Notes under the pieces: generated by a model | What the model was told of the DNA's origin: nothing | What the model saw: only the letters and a program-made list of their open reading frames with translations | Databases searched by the model: none | Shown here: piece after piece, positions 25,745 to 39,702 of the stretch | How the letters are laid out: every line of letters begins with the position of its first letter | How positions within the stretch are numbered: position 1 is the first letter of the stretch | Assembly (NCBI GenBank): GCA_043228905.1 | Contig: JBHGNT010000017.1 | Location: 930,001-994,000 of the forward strand | Direction: 5' to 3' | DNA: 64,000 nt | Source of the DNA: Azolla caroliniana | Lineage: Eukaryota; Plantae; Polypodiophyta | Program-made: the position numbers and the translations under genes

Positions 25745-28520
25745 TAATCTAGCGTGTGTAGTATCATTTAATATAATTAGTATCCCAGAGCATCCCATTG
25801 TTTTAGGATTACCATGGTTTGAATTACATAACCCAGACATAGATTGGAGAATAAGAGAAATGCGGTATCGACAAGCCTGAGGATCTACTCATAAGATTGC
25901 AACCATGTCGCTACATAAGTTGCGGGAAGAAGGACACAAGGAAGAAATGTTTCTCTTCGTAATATCAATAAAACCCTCTGACACCACTAAAGAGGAGTCC
26001 ACCGTTCAACTTCCAAAGAAGTATCATCATTATGCCGATGTGTTCGATAAAGTACAAGCCAATACGCTTCCTCACCATCGACCATATGATTGCCCCATCG
26101 ATTTACAACCGGGAAAAGAGCCACCATGGGGACTATTCTAGAATTTGTCACCAAACGAGCTAGAAGTCCTATGAGTCTATATAGAGGAGAATTTGGAAAA
26201 TGGTTTCATTTGGCACTCGAAATCTCCAGCCGACGCACCCATTTTCTTTGTCAAGAAAAAGGATGGGTCACTTCGTCTTGTTGTAGATTACTGTGGCTTG
26301 AATGAGGTTATCATCAGAAATAGGTATGCACTTCCCCTTATCTCAAGTATTTTAGAATGGATCAATGGTGCAAGGTTCTTCACGAAGATCGACTTACGGG
26401 GAGCATATAACCACGTACGGATCCAACCAGGAGATGAATGGAAGACCGCGTTTCGCACCAGATATGGGCACTTCGAGTATATGGTCATGCCGTTCGGCCT
26501 CACTAATGCACCAACAGTCTTCCAGCACATGGCAAATGATATATTCCGAGATCTCTTGGATGTTTGTTTGATCATCTATTTAGATGATCTACTGGTTTAT
26601 TCGAAGACCCAAGAAGAGCATGATTCTCATGTACTGTTAGTACTAAAACGACTTCGAGAACATGGTCTTTATGCAAAGCTGGAAAAATGTAGTTTCAGGT
26701 GCAACCAGGTGGAATTTCTGGGCTATGCCATCTCCTCGGAAGACATCTTCATGGATCCAGCTAAGGTCAAAACGATGGTAGAGTAGCAAACTCCGCGTTC
26801 ATTGCGAAATGTGCAATGTTGTTTAGGCTTTGCCAATTTCTACCGCAAGTTTATACAGGATTATTCAAAGCTTGTTCTATCTCTCACACAACTTACTAAG
26901 AAGGGACAATCGTTCGTTTGGTCTGAAGAAGTGGACAGGGCTTTTCAGAATCTTAAGAAGGCATTTACATCGGCTCCTATTCTAGCTCATGTTGATCCGG
27001 AAAAACTATTCATCATGGAAGCGGACGCGTCAGATTTCGCATTGGGTAGCATTGGGTAACAACAAGGTAATGATGAAAAGCTACTGTATCTTGTGGCTTT
27101 CCACTCACGCAAGTTTGACGCAGCCGAAATCAACTATGAAATTCATGATAAGGAGCTATTAGCAATAGTGGACTCTTTTATGCAATGGAGGCATTTTCTA
27201 GAGGGATCCTCTCATCAAGTCACTGTATTCAATGATCACAAAAACCTTGCCTACTTTCAGAGTGCCGCCTTCGAGTAGTCCAAAACTGTCATGACACATA
27301 TACAACTGGGCATTTTGGTAGTACTAAGACATTAGATTTAGAACAACGATCATTCTGGTGGCCCTGTATGCGATAATTTGTCGAAGATTTTGTTCGGACT
27401 TGTGATACATGTTGTAGAGCAAAAAGGCCAAGGCATCATCCATATGGTTTATTAGAACCATTACCAATTCCAAGCAAGCCGTGGCAATCCATTACTCTAG
27501 ATTTCATCACAGATCTTCCAGTCTCTAAGGGATTCAATGCTATTTTAACAATAGTAGATCGATATACAAAGATGGCTCATTTCCTGCCATGTACTCTCTA
27601 GTGAACAAAGCGCAGAAATTGTCATGTGTGAAGTATGTCGGCATCGTGGCCTTCCTGATAATATCATCAACGACCGTGGACCCCAATTCGTTTCGAAATT
27701 CTGGAAGCACCTTTTTAAAATGCTCAAGGTCACTTGTACCCTCTCCTCCGGCTACCACCCACAAACCAACGGCCAAGCAGAATGAACAAATCAAACGCTA
27801 GAGCAGTATCTTCGGTGCTTTCTAAGCTATCATCAGGATGATTGGGCATATATTCTCCACTTCGCCGAATTTGTCTATAATAACTCTGTCCACTCATCGA
27901 CTAAAGTTACGACATTTTATGCTTATACGGGTTGACACCCCCGGTGGTGTGTATTTGAAACCCCAGAGTTACCCACTAATCCTTGCGCAGAGGATCGTTT
28001 GGAGCGGTTATGCAAGATACAAGGAGATTTATCTACTCATCTACAACAAGCTCAACAAACACACAAGGTTTATGCTGATTGTCATCGGCTTCCATTCAGT
28101 TTTAACATTGGAGATCGAGTATGGCTACTACGACGACACATCAAGACTACTCGTCCTTGCGAGAAGTTGGATTATCGGCGACTAGGCCCTTTCCGTATTA
28201 TCGGAAAGATTAATGATGTCGCTTTTCTTCTTGATCTACCCCCGCAACTTTGCATACATCCAGTGTTTCATAGTTCTCTCCTCGAACCCTATCAAGACAA
28301 CACCATCTCAAGACGTATTCCACAACCTCCACCCCCGATCAAACTTGAAGATGGACCTTGATTCCAAGATTGTTTGCAACAAGCTCTACTATTTAGTCGA
28401 TTGGCTAGGATATAGTCCCAGCGACCATACCTAGGAACCGATAGAGAATGTGACCAATGCTCGTGCTCTTCTTGAAGACTTCCATCGCCAATATCCAGAG
28501 AAACCGGGTCCTCACTCCAA
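25745..28520 (+). pseudogene. pol: pol of element A (rest of PR, RT, RH, INT, partial chromodomain)
   Basis: ORFs 26193-26786 (RT, YLDD), 26802-27059, 27093-27278 and 27999-28361. Many stops and an internal deletion near 27270. Confidence 0.9.
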
Positions 28521-28558
28521 AACGATTCGTGGCACTCGTCGTTTTAAAGGGGGGATAG

Positions 28559-28851
28559 TGTCATGATATGACAAGTCTCAAACCCGTGACCTTATGTTAC
28601 ATGAGTCGAGCTCTTCACCATTATACCATCTATTATAATACGAAAGATATTATGTTCATTTAAGTTTTATTATAGAAAATTGATGTATATTTCAGATTTC
28701 TCTGGAACATTCTAGAAACTTCAAGAGTACTCCTGAGAACACTATAAAAGGAAGCACAAGGCATTATTTCGAACCAAATTGGTTCAATGCCAATCTTAAG
28801 CCTCCTAGCCTTCCTTGTATATTCTTCTCACATAATATATCGCTATCATCA

Positions 28852-28890
<39 letters not shown>

Positions 28891-28951
28891 TTCTACACCC
28901 TCTATTCCTCTTAGTACTAATTTCTTCTCTGTCTCAGTACTATTCCTGACA
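28559..28951 (+). repeat. 3' LTR of element A
   Basis: Follows the PPT; matches the 5' LTR; ends TGACA followed by the TSD. Confidence 0.95.
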
Positions 28952-31900
28952 CATGTAACAAGTTTGTTTGTATGCAATTAGAATTCCCAATGCGAACTAT
29001 TCAGCCACCCAAAACCACAATGTTGAAACTTGCAGCACTGAAAGAAAATAGTTAGGTTTCCTCTTCAAAGGCAACCAACCAATCTATGATGCAACCCATC
29101 CAGAAACCAAGAGTACAAGACAAAGTGAAAAGTAAAGTCTTGCAAACAAGTGATAATGTGCGATCAAACATACACGATTTGAGACAAGCCTCTGACATGG
29201 ACAAAGAGAACACTAAAGGATGGAAAATATCTAAGAAATCCTTTAGAAGCAAGACACTTGTGGTGGGGAGGAACTACACACACGCACTTGAGAATCAAGG
29301 TTCATCTTTACAGGTTAATGCTTCAATGGTCTCTTCAGTCTTAGAAGCCTAGAAAAGGGTGAGTAGAGGCTCATATGTGGACATTTACAAACAAGGATCA
29401 AATGCAAATATTAGTCTTCATGCAAATAAGCATGGCGTGTAGTTAGATTAGTATTTTGCTTTGTTTTATATCGTCAACCGTATTAACCATGCATAAACAA
29501 GTCAAATGTGTTTCCTTCAATATACGGGGTCTTTGTAACCCTAGTAAATGGAAACTATTTTGGAACTATATTACCTCTTCTCAAACCAATGTAATTTGTG
29601 TTCAAGAACATAAACAAGTTGAATTCAGTAGTCAAGTTGGTTCATTTAGAGGCTTTGACATCTTCTATGTAGGTCAAGGTACAACATTTGGAGTGCTTAT
29701 GTTCATAAAACATGAGCTAAATCCAACGGTTGCCGATAATTATCAACGTGGGAGGTGGTTGGTTGTGCAATGCATGATAAATAGAGAGACATATTATTTT
29801 GTTGGAATATATGACCCGAATGCATCAAAGGAAAGAGCTTTACTTTGGCAAGGCATTTGTGATTATCCATGGCCACAAAATGCATTTATATGTGGAGATT
29901 TCAACAACTCTCCAAATGCAAGTGATAACACTAGTGGGCACTCGCATATGTTGAGAGAAGAACAAGATCAATGATATAATATGCAAAGCTCATTGGATTG
30001 GGTTGATTTATGGAAAATGATGCACCCTCATGTTCCTAGGTTTACCTTTCATCACGCCACCCACTCCTCATACTATGAAGGGCTTCATAGATGGTATTTG
30101 TTCCATGCTTAGAGTCAGTATGAAAATTTCACATGTATAATATATATAGATCATGCTTTGCAATTGTCAAATCATGCTCTTGTCTAGCTAGACCTTCATT
30201 TTGGGAATCATTCCTATGAAGAGCATCTCCAACGGTTCAGACTTATGCTCATTAACAATTACTTCAATCACGAACTCTTCAAGAGGATGGTCTATGACAT
30301 AATACCTCCTTTGTATGTAGAAGTCAACATAGACGTTGATATAGTGTGGGTACATTTTGTACATAGTTTATAAACAATAATACAAGAGTATGGGAAGTGG
30401 GGTGTCTCAAGACAGAGAGATTGCACTCAACAAGCCAAATTTACTTGTCAAGCCCTAACGGAGTTAGCACATAGAAGATCTCTGACTTTACATGAAGAGG
30501 ATGCATTGTGTATGGCCAAACACACATTGATGCTACGTGACAAAAATAATTTAGAAAAATGGCAAGTTAGGTCAAGACAGTTTCCATTGAAAGACAAAGG
30601 ATGTTGTTCTAAATCCTTCTTCCAAAGGTTGCATCTAAATGACAAAAGGAATCCATTAAATTCATCAAAAGTGGTGATGGTTCGTGGACTATAAACTGAC
30701 TTGAACTAGCCAAGGAATATGTAACTTATTTCTCTCACATCTGTAGTTAAACATGCCAGAGATACATTCTTGTCACTAGTTCAACCCACTATTTGTGTTG
30801 ATAAAGTTATTCCTTTGGATGCAACATTCACAATGGAGCAACTTTTGGAGGCTCAGAAGGGTCTGGGAAAAGGCAAAGCACCTGGTTGGGATGGTATTAC
30901 GTTAGAGTTCATTGCAGAATTTTGGGATGACCCTTAAGGATCTAATCCTATCTATGGCAAATAATGGTTGGCAACAATGCGGTATGCCTATCTCATGGAA
31001 AGAAGGTTTGGTCAAATTAATACCCAAAAAGAAATTGTGTGAATCCTTTTTGGATTAGCGACCAATCACTCTCATGTCAGTGATCTATAAACTTATTGTA
31101 AAGATAATTGCTAATTGTATTAAGGACACTTTGTTAGGAGGCATACATGTAAACTAGCACAACTTCATTTCCCGAAGGCAAATTACAGATAATATTGCTA
31201 ATGCCTATATTGGAATGGAGTATGCCAAATACACCAAACAAGATGTATTGATCATGCAAATTGACATTGAAAAGGCCTTTGACACCATCCAATGGGATTT
31301 TGTGGAAGCCACAATCGTCAAACTAAGATTGGCCCAAAAATGTCTCAAGCAATCTATTGGTTTTATGGGTCTAGCACATCGTCATGAATTATCAATGGTG
31401 AATTGACATATTCATTGAGCTTAGCCACATCAGTACGACAAGGTTGTCATGTAAGTGCATTGTTGTATGCAATTGCAACTCATCCACTACTATCGTACAT
31501 AGATCATCTAGTATCAATTGGTCAACATCACGGTTTGCAAATGAAAGATGATCATGATTTTGTGGCTTAGGCATATGCAAATGATACATCATTCCTATCA
31601 CAAAACAATCAAAATGATATGAGAGTGATTATGGATGCCCTCAAATTGTATGGGTTAGATGTTGGACTATATGTTAACTTCAACAAGTTCAGACTCCTAC
31701 CCTTGACATCATATAGTTGGCATCAACTTTTGTGGCCAAGTCAAGTTGTTAGCCCAAATGAAATGGTTGTTGGGAAATAGGTCCCTCCGGATGGGAAGAG
31801 CACGAACCGGATCGGATGGAATCGACTGAGGAGCTGGATGATAATCGGCTTGTCTGAATTGAAATTTGGATATTGCATAAGGAGTTGAATCAGTCGATAG

Positions 31901-31975
31901 CTAACACGGCCAAGGCCGAAAAATCAACGAACCGATAATCGACCAACAACCGATTCGACGACTGTGAGTAAGAGA

Positions 31976-32616
31976 GATAGATAGATAGATATATTATATT
32001 ATCGTCTTCAGAGGTCAAATATGACCTATGAAACCAAAAATATTACATTTGACGTGATACGTGTGATAGTGAGTAGCGACTCTCGATGTTCAAGAACTTT
32101 ACCAATGAATGTTGCAATCGAGAGTGCACATTGTGGTTGTGAGAAAAATTCATGCTAGGATTGGGCTTGGTCGAAGAGATGTGGAATGCATGGTCAAATA
32201 TGATCAAAGACAGAGCATTGTATCAAAGTGTGATACTCAAACTCTTGAACTTGTTTAGGGCAAAGTGTGCATAGCTTGCCACTCTCATCACTTGTGCCCC
32301 AATGCCCCGTCTCACATCGTGATGCATGTGAGCTAAGTCGCATGGAAGGAATGGTTTGAATGGTAGATAACGGGGTGGGCTCTAACATGTATCGATGTGT
32401 ACGGTATCCCTGTTCCGCAAAGAATATGGTTTAAATGTAGTTAGGTGCAACATGTGTAGTATAATGTGTGAAGCGTGATCCTCCACATTTGTCCCATGTC
32501 ATGATACATTGGCGTTGTAAAAAGGCCTCATTTACTGAGGAATCTAGTGATGCATCATGAAGCACATCTCTTGCATCCCATCTACCAAACCATTTTTCTA
32601 TATCTTGCATCCAACC

Positions 32617-32618
<2 letters not shown>
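31976..32618 (-). mobile_element. 3' fragment of an RTE-X-like non-LTR element with (TATC)n tail, inside the (GA)n tract of the solo LTR
   Basis: Minus-strand RLSSHASRCETGHW...CTLCPKQVQEFEYHTLIQC, the C-terminal Cys/His motif of RTE-X/L2-type ORF2. Tail TATCTATCTATC; AAGAGAGA on both flanks. Confidence 0.75.

Positions 32619-32620
<2 letters not shown>

Positions 32621-32686
<66 letters not shown>
32621..32686. repeat. (GA)n microsatellite
   Basis: About 33 GA units. Confidence 0.95.
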
Positions 32687-32689
<3 letters not shown>

Positions 32690-34786
32690 CACTGTAACCG
32701 TCAATCTGACGAAGAAGAACTCAAGGTCGTTGCCTTGTAGTTTCTTATTGTATACCTTACTCATATAGTGATTTCTTTGGAGTTTGTGGACTCTCGTGGT
32801 TTTTCCCTCTCAGGGTTTTCCATGTTAAAATCTTGTGTCTCTGTACTTTCATTTTTTATCTGGGGTTTTTGTGTCCTTTCGATCTTTCCACCCACGTACA
32901 CACGTGTATCAACTGGTTGTGGTTGGTAAAATCCTCATCGGTGGTTAGAAATCTTGGCTATCCATTGGGATGGAATGCTACTGGGAAAAGTAAGGTTGAA
33001 TGGGTTTTGCAAAAAGTGAGACAAAAGCTAAGCTATTGGAAGATTGCAACATGGTCGTTGCATGTTAGATTGAGGATAACGCAATCTATATTCATGGCTT
33101 ACATGCAATATTACTTAATTATGATTGATTGGCCGAAACACATGATACAAAAGATTAACTTAGAAATCATAAGCAAATTTTGGTGCTCTAAGCAGTCGTG
33201 TAGAGGTGTACGACCCCTATTGCTAGAGAAGGTATGCACTCCACGATTTTGTGGAGGGCTAAATATCTTAATTTGCAATTGCATATGTTGGTTAGAAAAG
33301 CTACTTTACTGCCAAAATTTGCTGAATAAACATTGCCTTGGGCACGAATGCTATCTGATATGTTTGATAATTTGAAAACCAAGTCATTTGGCTCATGGGA
33401 TACTAACCATTGGGATGTAGTGTTTGGAAAGCTTGATGGCGACATCAAAGGTTGTCCGTTTAACTCAAAGCTTCTAAAGCACTAGAAGGAAGTATTGCAC
33501 TACATAAAATGGAGAGGTAGAAATTCAAAATCAGGGAACTCTTTACGCCTCGAAAGATTACATTGGAGTGCTATATTCCACAGTCACTTGTTGAACAAGA
33601 GCCCAGGAAAGCTATTTTTATAGCAAAGTAGGGGTTGAAATCAATTGTAGATGTGGTAAATTACCAAGGTCACCTATTATGTTTCAATGACATGACATGT
33701 CGTTATAGTCTTGGGTCACATCATCGCGTTATCTGCAATCAAGTCACAGAGTTGGTACTTTCCTTAATACTTGTTCCACCTCTTGATGGAGATCACAGGA
33801 TTCAGGATTGGATGTTACAAATAGGGAACATTGTTATTCCAATGAATAAGATTATACAACATTCAGTGTATATGTTGTTGCAACCTGCCCCGTGGTTTCA
33901 CGAACATGCAAATGCATTATGGAACCTACACAAAACATAGTCCTGGTGGAAAAACAGACTTACAAGCTTATGGACCTCTGGTCTTCCACTTAACAACGAG
34001 TATTCCTATGGGTGTGCTCCCGATTGGGTCGAATCTTCAAAAGCATTCGATAGCCTCGTCACATTGTGCAAGATGTGGTGAACGATTGGAAACAGTCCCA
34101 CACTTATTATGGACTTGCTCATTCACTACAACATTTGTACAAAGACTAAGTGCATCTCTTTATCACAGATTTCCTGGCCGAAGGTTTGGGAAACACTTTC
34201 GGCTATTTGAACAAATTTCGTGCCCCCTATCCAACAATGCCAATTTTCTCCAATGGACACGAATTTGGGCACTCTAGACCATTTGGATGACCTGCAATAA
34301 TAAGGTCTTTGATTGAAACCAACTGCATGAAGTTAGCTTCTTTAAGCAATCCCTCAGGCAATCCTTATTTGATTGTCTGCAACTTAGAGACATCACACTG
34401 CAAATTTACAATCTTTACTTTGAGTGCTTCTAAGCTCTTTAGTGTCTAATTGACACTTGTATATTTCTCTGTATTCTTTGTGGGTTTTCACCTCACTTTT
34501 GAGGTTTCCCACTAGTAATAAAAGTGTTACTAAATTATTATTATTTGAGAATGTTGCCTCCCTCGTTTCGCACAATCTCTCATTCATGACACTACCCATT
34601 CTTATGGAGTTTTCTCTTCCACTACTACTATTACTTTCGTGCCGAGATTGGGATATGCATTTTGTTGTATATTTCTGCAATATTATATAGGCCACCACCC
34701 ACCACATGAACTTCTTCCTCTTATATGGTAATGATTGCCATTTGAGTGCTTCTAGAGCATTTAGTTTTTGGAAGTCGTTCTCTTCA

Positions 34787-35396
34787 TGTTGACATGAACA
34801 TATGACAACGTGCTAAAGACACAAGCAAGTTGCAATATCCACAAATGTCCCAAACTAGGAAGAATAAGTTGGCTTTAATCCAACAAATGTGGATTGATCA
34901 AGGTAAAAAACAAGGATCATGTGAGTGAATAGAAAAAATGAGCAATGGACACAAAAATAGTATGCTTTTGCAGTGTCCCTATTATGTCCCAACTGAGATA
35001 TAGTCCCAAAACTGTCTAGGACTCCCAAGAGGGGCCCCACCATGGTCTACCCAAACCTTGTCCCAATAGGTACTCCCAAGGGACTACCAAACAGCTAGTC
35101 CCAATGGCCATCTTTGGTTATATATAAGGAGGATCATTTCCTCATTTTGAGTATTCATGATTTCTGAGATGCACTTTTATTTGCTCAAGGAGTGTGGAGC
35201 GCTCTCTCTTCTCCCTCACTCAACTTTGGGGGTTGTGCCAACTTGTCCCGATTCATTCTGACTTGTCCCAACTCTGGGTTTTGTTTTGTCCCAAATTTGG
35301 GATTGTTGTAAGCTTTGAATTGATAATATAATATAAAAGCATTTTTGTGTCCCAAGTTCATTCCCTTTCGCGTTTTCTTGTGTGTTTAAGCTCACA
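34787..35396 (+). mobile_element. Possible solo LTR
   Basis: TGTTG...CACA ends, TATATAAGGAGG box and repeated GTCCCAA motifs. No TSD found. Confidence 0.35.
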
Positions 35397-38371
35397 TATA
35401 AAATAGAGACATAATACTTTTATGAAACAAGAGACATAAGTGAGAGGATAAGCGCTCACACATTAATTTGATATATTATTTTTGTCAAAACCTAGTGCAA
35501 TGGTAGGCAACAAAATGTTTGGTTGAATGGGGAATCATCATCCAAACATGCAAACATATGACTTATGGTGAATATGACTTTAGTAATATTTTGTAACATT
35601 TGGACCCCATAGATTACTAAGGAGTGAAAATAAAGGGATTTGTCAATCCTTATTTATCAAACCACTACATGAAACCTCTACATTAAAATATAAAATTTGA
35701 ACCATGAGTTCATTCAAAGTGCAACATCATAAGCAGACAACATCTTGCTTATTAAGGAAGATTAATATAACTACGATGTCATTCATAGGTTCCATAATCT
35801 TCTTTATATAAATACGAATGAAACATAGGTGAACCAACATAATAATGGTCACGTTCAACCTTAGTGATTATAGTTAATTCTCCTTTTTTGTAGAGAAAAT
35901 GATTTGATAAATCTCCATACTAGTCACTATTCACCCTCCTCTTGTTCTTCTTCTTATATGGGTTGGTGAAGGACTAAAGACAAAACAACACTAGTTTGAA
36001 AAAGAAAACCAAGAAATAGAATTTTATTGAGAACAAGAAGAGCAACAATTAGGTCAAATATCGATGTGTGAACCATAATGGTTTGTCAACATTGAGATTT
36101 CTAAGTATATATTGCTCATAACCTTATGCAAGCTTTCCACTTGGCGATCATGTATAATTATCATACAACATGCTAAGATAATTATAATGCAAAGTGTGTC
36201 ACAATAACGTGAACATGTATAATATTGCATGAAAAATGCTACAGTAATGATTATGTCCTCCATGATATTCTCACGGTTAATGTTTATGTGTATTTCATTG
36301 GTGTCATGGGTTAAAGTCCCACAAACCTCTAACATTTTGTATGCTAAAGATAAGGTGAACCAATACGATAAAAAATGCTTTATTGTTGCAACAGAAGCAT
36401 GTATATAACCTTGACTTTATCATATCCTCTTTTGCACTTCTTTTCTTATATTGAAAAGATTGTTGGAGCATCATGGATTTAAAGGAAAAAAATAGTTGGC
36501 TACTCCTTTGCCTAATGACACACTATTTGTATAGGTATGATCCCAATGATTTGTGTAAAAGTAGAAGTAGATATAAAACATTGTTATAAGTAGGTTAGAA
36601 ACCATAATCTTGGCTCTAGAAACCCAAATCAACACGACTATCATTCCAAATACTATTGCTTCCTATGATTATACCATAAAATGCTTACATATTTCCATAA
36701 TGCAATAATCTAATATTGCATGCTTCTCTCTAGCTTCTTTATGTAATAATCAACTCACATGCTTAATAATTTTAAGTAATGTTTCCCATGGGTTTTTTGG
36801 GAAAAAATAAATAAATTTGTTTCCCATGGGTAAATCTTCATTATATCATAAAACAAAGCATACATAGACGTGATCAATGCATCCACGATTTGATATTGCA
36901 TGCTTCTATCTCTATATTGTTTAGGTAATGGTTTTCGTTTACATAGGGGGAAAAACTTTAAGTAACTTCTAATTTTAAGATACCTATGATTGAAATTAAA
37001 ATTTTCAACTATTACAAACAAAATTATAAAATAGGTTACAAAAAGTGATCAATTGTGCATTGAACTATGTTGCATAGATTTCATGATCCCAAATTATACT
37101 ATTTTCCTCATAGTTTGGTGCTGGTTGTCCAATCTAAATAGAAAACAATGTAGGGTCACTCCAATAAATTGTATATCAATGAATGAATACATCCTTCTAC
37201 GTTCTAGTCTAGGCTTGATCTCCAAAACACTTATGTGTGGTAATGGAAATGAAAGTGAGTGGCAAAACAAATTTGTAGTCGTGTACAAGTGAATGAGAGA
37301 GATTCACCTACTTGTTATTGTTTGAGGATGACAGATTCACCCACTATTCCATTTTTGGGATACCCATAAACTACACGATTTCAAAACGCTATACATGTTG
37401 AAGTGGCATCAATTTTAATTATTCACTATGTACATACAAGTTTTTGGCCCATATTTTGTTTCATTTGATATGGGTTTTGAGTCTTAGTGGTAGAAAAACA
37501 TTTAATTCTACATGTTTCAATTGCTATAGAAATGGATAAAATTGACAATATTTATGATGAATAATAAAAATTGTTACGCATGAAATAGAAGGAACCAACA
37601 TGTTTGCAAGCCACATATGATTATTCTTTTTGACAAAAATCAAACATATAGACAATGAGTGCATTGTTGTTTTATTTACTGTAAAAAGTAGCGCGAAACA
37701 CCAAAATACCCATTCGAAAATTATCATGTGGCTCGGAATTAAAATGAAGGCAAATGTTGACTTAATTGCATACAACTAGGTGGAGGAAATTAATGAAGAT
37801 TTTATGATTGTTCAATGCAACATTTTCAACCACATACAATAATTCAACTTGCAACATTTTAGATAGTTGCCCTCAAAGCAACACCAACCACTAAAACTTA
37901 TGATGTGTATGTTCCACGTGTGATCAAAAGATGTTTAACACGTGTAACTAGACATATCTCTTGCAACATATTGTAGTCATACAATTTTTGGATTGATCCC
38001 GAATACATGTGTAAGTACATACACCTTGTGCCTTTCATCTATTGTAATAACATTTCAATAACACGATGATAAAGGTCAATGACTCAAGCTTACATGCAAA
38101 GTTACAAAAACTTGCATGGGTCTCTATCATGCTATTATCTAACCAACTTCCTTTTTGTGACTTGTGTGGTTCTGGTTCTACGAATGCATCTCTTCAACAC
38201 CTCCCTTGAGAAAACATGAAATATGGGGTCTCAATAAAAAGCTACGCATAAATATAAAGAAAGCAAAAATCATCCAATCTATTTGTCTATCCGTGACAAA
38301 GGTTTGAAGTTCAATGGTTTATAATGCAATGTTATTACAAATGTTTGCTCCATGAAATATACATATTTGTC

Positions 38372-38530
38372 ATAAGAGAATGAGCATAGATAAGAGATTC
38401 CCGATATTTGTCTTAAGAGAAGCGTAGATAATAGATTCTCGATATTTGTCTTAAGAGAAGCATAGATAAGAGATTCTCGATATTCGTCTTGAGAGAATAA
38501 ACATCCATAAGAGATTCGCAATATTTGTCG
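38372..38530. repeat. ~39-bp minisatellite, ~4 copies
   Basis: Repeated TAAGAGATTC.CGATATTTGTC.TAAGAGAA units. Confidence 0.85.
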
Positions 38531-39317
38531 AAGGTAAAGACTTGAACTTGAAGAAAGCATTTTAAAGGTATACACGCAAAAGTTGACTAGTTATTTGACC
38601 TACAATATCAAAAGGAAATATATATGTAAAGGGAAAAGCAAGTATGTATATTGGAATCACTTTTTTTGGATAAAAAACCATCCCAAGTTGGATTCACGCA
38701 TCGGATGAAAAAATGCCCCCCATTTCTCCTCTATTTCCCCTCCTTTGTATTGAAAGTTGTTTTAGTTTAGTGGCACCAATACCAAATATTAGGAGAGAAA
38801 TGTTACTCAAACAATGTTATTCTTATCGAATGATTAGGTAAGTGGGCCAATAATAAGTGAAGGACACATATTTCAATCTCCATTGCCCATGCGATGCCAC
38901 TAAAAAACACACAGTACAATAATAGAATGATAATGATGAGTTTTCATTTAAACCTTAACAATTGAATGATTCATAGTGGTAACAAAGCGGGGGAAAAGAT
39001 GGAAAAGGATATATGAGCGATGATGAATGGGCTAAAAAACATCAAAGCTCAGCCCCAAACAAAGAGGATCGTAAGGTAACTCCAACAATAACCAAATTGT
39101 CTGTTTCTGCAGCCATAAAAAATGTGATTGTTTCTCAGAATATTGGGCAAACACGTTCGGGAACCCATCAGGAACTTGTTAGGCCACGGGAAAACACCGG
39201 AGCGGAGTTTTTAGGTACATACATATGTACCTAAAAATACACATACATACGTACATACATACATACATCCACACACATACATAGTACATACATACATACA
39301 TGATACATACATATATG

Positions 39318-39352
<35 letters not shown>

Positions 39353-39658
39353 AGAAGAGGGGTGGGGTAAAATGAAAAGATGGAAAGGCAAAAGTTGAGG
39401 TAAATGCCAAGGGGTATTTTGGTAATTTCTGGAAACGACAGAGGAGAGAGATACATCACTTACACATATAATGTATAATGTATGTATGTTGTACATACAT
39501 ACATACATATACGAAAAGCAGAGGGAACTCAAACTCCATTCTTCCTCTCATCATTGGGTAGTTAATTTGATTGTAAAAAAGAACGTGTGTAGCCACCATT
39601 AATTAATCCACTCTCTGTCTCCCCTCCCTCTCATTGTTTATCTTCCTGCTGGCTTGTG

Positions 39659-39694
<36 letters not shown>

Positions 39695-39702
39695 GACTCA
39701 GA

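Larger units (their letters stand above)
16860..28951 (+). mobile_element. Ty3/gypsy chromovirus A (Tcn1/Tf1-like), decayed; LTRs 16860-17298 and 28559-28951; TSD CATGT
   Basis: Paired TGTCA...TGACA LTRs with a 5-bp TSD CATGT (16855-16859, 28952-28956). Gag from ATG 17456 (LPAKFDGTR, CxxCGGPGH knuckle). Protease LLDSGA is split by element B. RT YLDD ~26578, RNase H EADASDFA, integrase, GPF motif, partial chromodomain, PPT AAAGGGGGGA. Confidence 0.96.
31768..32940 (+). mobile_element. Solo LTR (copia-like) inserted in the LINE RT region
   Basis: Starts TGTTGGG; near-TSD ATGGT/GTGGT. Removal restores LINE frame SPNEMVRNLGYPLG. Contains GGGTTTTCCATGTTAAAATCTTGTGTC, a plant copia-LTR-like motif. 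Confidence 0.75.
15870..34450 (+). mobile_element. Degenerate near-full-length L1-type LINE (~5.3 kb after removing nested inserts): ORF1 ~16160-16859 + 28957-29352; ORF2 APE-RT-zf ~29489-31767 + 32946-34400
   Basis: ORF1 is DUF4283-like (IIIFFLGKVPS, LPWS, VEVLDFP), with a zinc knuckle split by the LTR insertion (AYYTC|NKF..ECP-like). APE: SFNIRGL, CVQEHK, GDFNN. RT: KAPGWDGIT, RPITL, IDIEKAFD, VRQGC, AYANDT. C-terminal CARCGERLETVPHLLWTC. Ends approximate. Confidence 0.88.

Noticed and set aside
39179-39532. ORFs over (TACA)n/(GA)n tracts upstream of the CBS gene
   Set aside because: Translations of microsatellite sequence.
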